Made by a program: the position numbers and the translations under genes. The notes under the pieces were generated by a model. The model did not search any database. It had not been told where the DNA came from and saw only the letters and a program-made list of their open reading frames with translations. Of a stretch of DNA of 20,000 nt, positions 8,177-14,644 are shown piece by piece. The stretch is taken from sequence record SRR31156797_9179. The stretch is one strand, 5' to 3'. Position 1 is the stretch's first letter. Every line of letters starts with the position of its first letter.

Positions 8177-11100
8177 CTAGTTGTAAAGCCAAATTTTTAA
8201 CATTGAGAACAGTTTATTCTCATCAATAGGTTTGGATAAATAATCGTTTGCTCCTGAAGAAATTGCTTTCTGATAATCATCTTTCATTGCTTTTGCAGTA
8301 AGACAAATTATTGGAACATCCTGTATTTCCGGAGTTTGTCGAATAACGGTCATGGCTTCATATCCATCCATTTCCGGCATCATTATATCCATTAAAACTA
8401 AATCTACATTTGCATTGTTCTTTAATACGTCAATGGCTATTTTTCCATTTTCAGCTTCAAGAACTTCCATATCCTTTTCTTCAAGAATCTTGCCTAAAGC
8501 AAAAATATTTCTGATTTCATCATCAACAACCAACACTTTTTTACCTTTAAAAATGGAGTCGTCAATTTCTGTAACTTTTACCTTAGGGTTTTCTGGTGTT
8601 TTTGTTGCCACCTGATGTAAGAATAAACTTACTTCATCCATTAAACGTTCATCTGATTTTAATCCTTTAAGAATAATTGAATTAGTGTATTTGCTCAGTT
8701 CTCTGTGTTCTTCACGAGATAAATCTTTCCCCGTATAAATAATAGTATTAGGAACTTTAATATTTGCTTCGGATAATTTTTTTAGCAATTCATTTCCTGA
8801 GATATCTGGCAGACCGAGATCAAGAATTATACAGTCGTAATTTTTCTTTGAAATCAGGTCAAAAGCTTCTTCACCAGTTGTAGATTCATCAATCTGAACA
8901 TTGGTTGGAGTCAAAATACTTTTTATCAATTGCCTAGTAGTATCATTGTCTTCAATTACCAGAATCTTTTTCGATTCGGTGAACAATTGAGTTTTCATTT
9001 TATTAATTGCCTGAGAAACATTTGTAGCATTCACTGTAGGCAAATCATTCAGGTCTCTTTCAATAAATCCTTCAACAGGATTTACAATATGCATTGGTAA
9101 TTTAGAGGCATAAGAATTTAAACGTAATGGGTTTAAAACGTCTTCTCCTTTTTCAAGGATAAGTTCCATTCCAATAATAATTGCCGAAGGCTGGTGTGCT
9201 TCAATTAATAAGATAGCATCGGCAACATTCGAAGCAACCAAAGCATGGAAACTACTTTCATGTATTTGATAGTACAGAGAAGTTGCTTCATCACGTTTAG
9301 GATGAATTAAAACAACGGTTGAACCATTGTGTGGTATGTCTCTATCATCATCAATAAAAATTGGTAATACTACTGGTTTGTTTTCGGTTTCTAGAATTTC
9401 GTTCTCATTCTTAAGCGTAACAGATTTAAGATTTTGAATTGTTGTTTTATTCTGCTTCTCAGGAATAAATAAGGTAAAACTAGATCCTTTACCTACTTCG
9501 CTTTCCAGGTGAATTTCGCCACCTAACATTCTAGCCAATTCTTTCGAGATTGAAAGCCCTAAACCGGTTCCACCATACTGTCTTGAGGTACTTCCATCAG
9601 CTTGTTGAAAAGCTTCGAAAATGGCTTCCTTTTTCTCATCAGGAATACCAACTCCGGTATCTGTTACTGTAATTGAATAGGTATCTGAGGTTTTTAGATC
9701 ACTTCTCCATAATTTCGAACTATCAACTGCTTTCTTCATCGAAACGGTTATTGCTCCTTTTGAAGTGAATTTTAAGGCATTTGATAATAGGTTTTTAATG
9801 ATTTGATTTAATCTTAATGGATCTGTTTCAATATTATTTGCGAAATCATCTGAGATATCTACATGGAAATCCAAGTTTTTCTTATCTGCCTGATGTTTGA
9901 AATCCATTAAAATTTCACTTTTGATATCATCAGGTTGAACCGATTCGAATTCTATATTCATTTTACCTGCTTCAATTTTCGACAGGTCTAAAATTTCATT
10001 AATTAGTTGGAGTAGATCTTTTCCACTCTTATTTATGATTTGAGCTGATTCAATATCTTCATCAGTAAGATTTCCATTCTTATTCTTCACCAAAATCCCG
10101 GATAGAATAAGTAAACTATTTAATGGTGTCCTTAGTTCGTGAGACATGTTTGCCAAAAAGTCGGATTTGTATTGACTTGCTTGTTCCAATTCTCTGGCTT
10201 TAACCTCAATCTTGTCGTGAGCTACAGATAATCCTTTATTTTTTTGTTCTATTTCTTCTTTCTGAATTTCAAGTTGATTGGTTCTTTCCTCTAATTCTTC
10301 ATTGGCAACTCGTAACTCTTCTTGTTGAACTTGTAGTTTTTTCTCATTTTCAGTTAAAATGCTTGTTTGTTCTGCAAGTTCCTCATTGGCTACTCTAAGT
10401 TCTTCTTGTTGAACTTGTAGTTCACTGGCTTGTTCTTGTGTTGTTTTTAATAGATTTTCTAAACGAACACGAGCCAAAGTAGAGGCAATTTTAACTGTAA
10501 TACTTTCACGTACTGCTTTTACAAAATCGACAATCGATTCAGAAAATATTTTTATTGAGGCAATTTCTAATACGCCCCATAAAGCATCGTTGTATACTAA
10601 GGGAACCAAAAGAACATTCTTTGGCATTATTTCACCTGTTCCCGAAAACACGTTAAAATATTCCTTAGGCAGATCTTTCAAATGCTTCAGTTTTTTAGTT
10701 TGAGCAACTTGTCCTACTAAACCGTGTCCTACACGAATATTTTTGTATTGATTTTTGTCAGGAATACCAAATGATGCAGCTAAGGATAATGTCTCTTGTT
10801 CTTCGTGGTAGACATACAATGTACCTAATTCTGCTGATAAAAATTCAGACATAAATCCCAAAGTTCTTGAAGCTACTTCTTCTAGCTCATGATCGCCCTG
10901 AAGTTCTTCATTTAATTGATTTACACCAGATCTGAACCAATGTGTTTCATCATTTGTTGCTTTTGAATCTTTTAATGTTTTTACCATCTGATTCAAAGAA
11001 ATGGACAGTTCATCTTCTTTCGATTTAGGTGTAAGATTAATACTTAAATCACCGTTGGCAACCATTTTTGTATAATCAACAACACTTTGAAAATCGTTTT

Positions 11101-11929
11101 GAATAATTTGGAAAGATTGAGCCAATGAGCCGATTTCATCTTTGGTATGAATACTTAAAGGAGTGTGATAATTTCCTTTTGCCATTAGCTTAAAATTACC
11201 AACCATTTCTTTTATTGGAACAGTAATTGATTTTGAGATATATTTGGCAAGTAATAATATTACAACACAAAGTATTATTGCTATAATTGCCATAGCCCAG
11301 ACCAATGCACTATTAAATTTGTGAGATAAGCTATTAACTTCATCACTAATTCCGGTATAATGCTTTTGTATTTCGTGCAATTCAGATTTAATTTTTTCAA
11401 TATCAATGGTCGACTTTCCACTTTGCAATTCATTTTTGATCAACTCTGCTGCATCCAATGCTTTTTGAGAATGTCCTCTGGTACTTTCAATTTCGCCACT
11501 TTTAAGACTATTTAATATTCTTAAACGGGAAACCATTAATTCGGCATTCTTTAATTCGTGATTGTAAATTTCAGGAAAGCCATTAAAAAGATATGTAGCT
11601 ATTTCTTTATTTGTTTTGATGGGATAAAATCCTTGAATCTTTAGAAGATCCTTTACCAATTGGTTAGAACGATTGATATAATAAGCAGAAGATTCTCTGT
11701 ATTTATCCTCTTTGGTTATCTGAAAAGAATAGAAATTGTCAACACCTTGTTGTAATAAACTTTCATGAATACGTAGCCCATTAATCATGATGCTAACAGT
11801 TCGGCTGGTTTTGAAAAAGAAGCTGGAGGTCAGACTCAAAATTAAAATACTGATAAGCGTTAATACTGTTAATAACAGTAATTTAGATTTTAACTTCCAA
11901 TCTTTGAACATTTTCATTGTAAAATGCAT
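8177..11929 (-). CDS. Membrane hybrid sensor histidine kinase: TM-periplasmic helical domain-TM-2xHAMP-GAF-coiled coil-HisKA-HATPase-pseudoREC-REC-REC
   Basis: Two TM segments and tandem HAMP motifs (PIKEM...AKGNY...DEIGSLAQSF; VANGDLS...DELSISLNQM). GAF motifs GTLYVY, GLVGQVA, LLVPL and GVLEIAS. H-box FLANMSHELRTPLN, N-box NLLSNALKFT, DTGVG and GGTGLGL. Two intact RECs (ILDLGLP, LMDIMMP). The true start may be one of the next ATGs (MKMFKDW). Confidence 0.95.
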   Translation of the reverse strand: MHFTMKMFKDWKLKSKLLLLTVLTLISILILSLTSSFFFKTSRTVSIMINGLRIHESLLQQGVDNFYSFQITKEDKYRESSAYYINRSNQLVKDLLKIQGFYPIKTNKEIATYLFNGFPEIYNHELKNAELMVSRLRILNSLKSGEIESTRGHSQKALDAAELIKNELQSGKSTIDIEKIKSELHEIQKHYTGISDEVNSLSHKFNSALVWAMAIIAIILCVVILLLAKYISKSITVPIKEMVGNFKLMAKGNYHTPLSIHTKDEIGSLAQSFQIIQNDFQSVVDYTKMVANGDLSINLTPKSKEDELSISLNQMVKTLKDSKATNDETHWFRSGVNQLNEELQGDHELEEVASRTLGFMSEFLSAELGTLYVYHEEQETLSLAASFGIPDKNQYKNIRVGHGLVGQVAQTKKLKHLKDLPKEYFNVFSGTGEIMPKNVLLVPLVYNDALWGVLEIASIKIFSESIVDFVKAVRESITVKIASTLARVRLENLLKTTQEQASELQVQQEELRVANEELAEQTSILTENEKKLQVQQEELRVANEELEERTNQLEIQKEEIEQKNKGLSVAHDKIEVKARELEQASQYKSDFLANMSHELRTPLNSLLILSGILVKNKNGNLTDEDIESAQIINKSGKDLLQLINEILDLSKIEAGKMNIEFESVQPDDIKSEILMDFKHQADKKNLDFHVDISDDFANNIETDPLRLNQIIKNLLSNALKFTSKGAITVSMKKAVDSSKLWRSDLKTSDTYSITVTDTGVGIPDEKKEAIFEAFQQADGSTSRQYGGTGLGLSISKELARMLGGEIHLESEVGKGSSFTLFIPEKQNKTTIQNLKSVTLKNENEILETENKPVVLPIFIDDDRDIPHNGSTVVLIHPKRDEATSLYYQIHESSFHALVASNVADAILLIEAHQPSAIIIGMELILEKGEDVLNPLRLNSYASKLPMHIVNPVEGFIERDLNDLPTVNATNVSQAINKMKTQLFTESKKILVIEDNDTTRQLIKSILTPTNVQIDESTTGEEAFDLISKKNYDCIILDLGLPDISGNELLKKLSEANIKVPNTIIYTGKDLSREEHRELSKYTNSIILKGLKSDERLMDEVSLFLHQVATKTPENPKVKVTEIDDSIFKGKKVLVVDDEIRNIFALGKILEEKDMEVLEAENGKIAIDVLKNNANVDLVLMDIMMPEMDGYEAMTVIRQTPEIQDVPIICLTAKAMKDDYQKAISSGANDYLSKPIDENKLFSMLKIWLYN
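10292..10420 (-). repeat. Intragenic direct repeat, 2 x 45 bp at 84-bp period, encoding LQVQQEELRVANEEL twice
   Basis: Copies at 10376-10420 and 10292-10336. All 15 residues are identical, and the 8 nucleotide differences (in 6 codons) are all synonymous. Confidence 0.95.
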
Positions 11930-12169
11930 ATTTATAATGTGCGATTAAGTAGTTGTTTCTTATTATAGTGATTTGTTTTTTTGAATCACGCAGATATTAC
12001 GGTTTTCGTAGTGAATGGTTACTTTTTAAGTGTTAATATCTGGTTTTTTTCCATAAAAAAAAGAGGTGTCGTAAAAATAAGATCGTTTAAGTAGTTCTTT
12101 TCCTTTTAAATATGGACTTTGTTATCGTTTCTATTGTTAATAAAAAAATGTTAATGAATTGTTATTGTA

Positions 12170-12201
12170 TTTGGAAAAGAGAAAGCATAGCCATAGGTTT
12201 G
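12170..12201 (+). promoter_or_regulatory. Bacteroidota sigma-A promoter (-33 TTTG, 20-bp spacer, -7 TAGGTTTG) for the lipoprotein/PepSY-TM pair
   Basis: TTTG at 12170-12173 and TAGGTTTG at 12194-12201 match the consensus TTTG-N19-21-TAnnTTTG, ending 45 bp before the ATG at 12247. Confidence 0.75.
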
Positions 12202-12246
12202 TTAGTAATAAACAAAACTTATAATTAACCCTTAATCAAAAAAACT

Positions 12247-12771
12247 ATGAAATATTTAAGCTTATTGGCTATGTGCCTGATGTTGCTTTCATGTAATCAA
12301 AAATCCAAGCAAAAAGATTCAACTCCTAAGCAAGCAGAAATAAAGCAAATTGTTCAAACTATCGATCAGGTTATGCAAGCTGCTGAACAGAATGTTGGTA
12401 AACAGGTTCATTTTAAAGGTCTTGTTAATCATGTTTGTGCGCACTCTGGTAAACGATGCATTTTAAAAAACACATCTGGTGATTTATCTATTCGTGTTGA
12501 AGCTACAGGGAATTTAGAAGGTTTCAATAAGGAAATTGCAGGTAATGATTTAATTGTAACGGGAACTTTAAGAGAAAAAAGGTTGGATACGGCTTACATT
12601 AATGAATGGGAAAAAGATATCAAATCTAAACATGATGCCGAGGAAGGTGGAGAACACTGTAGTTCTGAAATGGCTAACATTAAGGAAATGCGTGATTGGA
12701 TGAAAGAGAATAACAAAGATTATTATGCTATTTATTTTGTAGACGGAACCAGTTATGAAGTTGTGGAGTAA
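12247..12771 (+). CDS. Lipoprotein with probable OB-fold and His/Cys motif (resembles DUF4920-type proteins)
   Basis: Signal peptide II ending LLSC (Cys16). OB-fold-like pattern GKQVHFKGLV...LIVTGTL. Motifs HVCAHSGKRC and EHC. Confidence 0.75.
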   Translation: MKYLSLLAMCLMLLSCNQKSKQKDSTPKQAEIKQIVQTIDQVMQAAEQNVGKQVHFKGLVNHVCAHSGKRCILKNTSGDLSIRVEATGNLEGFNKEIAGNDLIVTGTLREKRLDTAYINEWEKDIKSKHDAEEGGEHCSSEMANIKEMRDWMKENNKDYYAIYFVDGTSYEVVE

Positions 12772-13300
12772 GAAGGGAGCAAGAAAATGGCTTAGATTAA
12801 TTCATCGAGATTTAGGTTTTTTCTTTGTAGGAATTACAATTATTTATTCTGTTTCGGGCATTCTTTTAAATCATAAGAAAAATGGAGAGGATCCAGCATA
12901 TAAAACGGAATACAAATCTTATAATTTAGAAGCAAGTCTTAGTCCTGATCAATTAACTTCATATTGGAGTGAGGAATTGGATGCTTATCCTTTAAATAGA
13001 ATTCTTCCCAATGGAGATACATACGATATTTATCTTAAGGGAGGTTTGGGAAAGTATAATCCTGTAAATGGGAAGCTTACTTTTGAAGTGTATGAGAAAA
13101 AGGCTTGGGCATATTTTGTAAATAAGTTGCATTACAATAGTAAAAAAGGCTGGACACTTATGGCGGATATTTTTGCAATTGCAATGTTGATATTTGCTTT
13201 ATCGGGTATGTTTATGGTACCTGGTAAAAAAGGATTAAATGGAAGAGGAAAATGGTTGATTGCCATAGGGATAATTATTCCATTTTTATTTTTCCTTTAA
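12755..13300 (+). CDS. PepSY-associated TM helix protein
   Basis: Motifs WLRLIHRDLGFF...YSVSGILLNH, NKLHYN and W...DIFAIAMLIFALSG, with three TM helices. Overlaps the upstream gene by 17 bp. Confidence 0.88.
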   Translation: MKLWSKKGARKWLRLIHRDLGFFFVGITIIYSVSGILLNHKKNGEDPAYKTEYKSYNLEASLSPDQLTSYWSEELDAYPLNRILPNGDTYDIYLKGGLGKYNPVNGKLTFEVYEKKAWAYFVNKLHYNSKKGWTLMADIFAIAMLIFALSGMFMVPGKKGLNGRGKWLIAIGIIIPFLFFL

Positions 13301-13305
13301 AATAT

Positions 13306-13334
13306 AAGGTGCTGATTTAATCAGCACCTTTTTT
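13306..13334 (+). terminator. Intrinsic terminator after the PepSY-TM gene
   Basis: Perfect inverted repeat AAGGTGCTGATT-T-AATCAGCACCTT followed by a T-run, starting 5 bp after the stop. Confidence 0.9.
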
Positions 13335-13481
13335 ATTTTTGGAAATGTAAATGCTTAATTGCAATTTGGCAGAATACTTTGTTTGGAATGATAATTGATC
13401 AGGAGAAGTGGAAATTATAGATAACTATTTTGTTAATCGATTTTATCAGTTAAATTGCTGACTTATAAATAAAACTTACCC

Positions 13482-14525
13482 ATGAATAGAATTTTAATCA
13501 GTTTATTGCTAATACTTTTTCATTTTAGCTCAATGAGTCAGAATAAGGAGTTAAAAAAATTGTACTCTAAAGGAAAATACGATCAGGTAATAAGTAAAGC
13601 GCAATCTTTATTATCAGATAATACTGGTGATCCTGACTTAAATTCGATTATTGGAAGAGCTTATACAGCATCTAAACAATTTAATATGGCTGTTCCGTAT
13701 CTTGAAAAATCCATTCTTTCAGAATCGGTATCAGAAGAAACAAAGGCTTTGAGTAAAGCTTACTTAGCCAAGTGTTATTTTATAAATGGAGAGAAGAAAA
13801 AGGCAGTAACTTATTTAAAAGAGTGCCAGAATGGCAGAGAATCAAAAGAAGCTGTTAGATATGCTCAAAAATATTTAAGCCTGTTTCAAACAAGCATGTA
13901 TTATAAGACTTGGGAAGTGGTTGAAACCAAAAATATTAGATATCACTTTCAGGATAAGAAGAAGGTTGAGGATGTAGATAAATACATGAATAATTTAGAA
14001 GCGAATTACCAAAGAATAGTGAATTTGTTTACAATTGTTCCTACTAAAAAAATAGATGTATTTGTTTGGAGTGATAAGCATGAAGCTTACCGAAAATTTG
14101 ATAAGTCTCTTAGTTTTTCAAATCCAGATTTGTGTATTGTAAATGTGTATAATAACCAGAAAGATGATTATGAATTTAACCATATGCTTTCTAATATGGT
14201 TATACGACCAAAGTTTAAGAGCATGCTGATTGATAAAGGTTTGGCTGTGTATTTTGATACCATGGATAAAAACCTGTTTGCTATTGCTCGAAAAAGAATA
14301 CCAAAAGAGGATTTTTCTTTATTGGAACTTTGGGAAGATCCGACTAGTTATGAACGAGATTTAAGTAAGCCTGTTGGTGCAGCTTTTATAGAGTTTTTAA
14401 TTAATAAAGGTGGGAAAGCAAAGCTAAAAGAGTTTTTAAAGGTACAAACCATTAAGAATGCAGAAAAGGTTTATCCCGATTTTGATAAACTTGTTAAAAC
14501 ATTTGAAGCAATGTTGCTGAGATAA
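13482..14525 (+). CDS. Exported TPR protein with C-terminal peptidase MA-like (gluzincin-like) domain, probably inactive
   Basis: Signal peptide MNRILISLLLILFHFSSMS-Q. TPR-like helices (YSKGKYDQVI, IGRAY...QFNMAVPYLEKS, LAKCYFINGEKKKAVTYL). C-terminal ETKNIRYHF...KIDVFVW...YEFNH...DKGLAVYF...GAAFIEFLI pattern. Confidence 0.7.
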   Translation: MNRILISLLLILFHFSSMSQNKELKKLYSKGKYDQVISKAQSLLSDNTGDPDLNSIIGRAYTASKQFNMAVPYLEKSILSESVSEETKALSKAYLAKCYFINGEKKKAVTYLKECQNGRESKEAVRYAQKYLSLFQTSMYYKTWEVVETKNIRYHFQDKKKVEDVDKYMNNLEANYQRIVNLFTIVPTKKIDVFVWSDKHEAYRKFDKSLSFSNPDLCIVNVYNNQKDDYEFNHMLSNMVIRPKFKSMLIDKGLAVYFDTMDKNLFAIARKRIPKEDFSLLELWEDPTSYERDLSKPVGAAFIEFLINKGGKAKLKEFLKVQTIKNAEKVYPDFDKLVKTFEAMLLR

Positions 14526-14560
14526 TGATTTAGAGTTGATTTATTAGAAGAAACTATAGT

Positions 14561-14599
14561 AAAAACCGCCTTGGAAAGAGTTCTAAGGCGGTTTTTTTT
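14561..14599. terminator. Bidirectional intrinsic terminator between convergent TPR gene and ABC permease
   Basis: AAAAACCGCCTTGGAA-AGAG-TTCTAAGGCGGTTTTTTTT, a long stem with one G-T pair flanked by A and T tracts. Confidence 0.9.
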
Positions 14600-14644
14600 G
14601 TGTTAGAAAAGGTATTTGATTAGTGAAATGTTTATTCGTATTAT

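Noticed and set aside
8177-8200. Kinase C-terminus KIWLYN as a CheR-tethering pentapeptide (NWETF-like)
   Set aside because: It does not fit the x-aromatic-x-x-aromatic terminal pattern, has no flexible linker, and is simply the end of the last receiver helix.
5818-8615. Five short plus-strand ORFs opposite cheR and the kinases
   Set aside because: They are antisense to well-conserved genes and have no independent coding features.
10292-10420. 84-bp period repeat as a CRISPR remnant or mobile-element scar
   Set aside because: There are only two copies, in frame within a kinase and differing only at synonymous sites, so it is a protein-level repeat.
11968-11989. Inverted repeat GTGATT-N10-AATCAC upstream of the kinase operon as a CRP/FNR site or riboswitch
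   Set aside because: The spacing does not match TGTGA-N6-TCACA and the stem has only 6 Watson-Crick pairs. It could be an operator, but nothing supports this.
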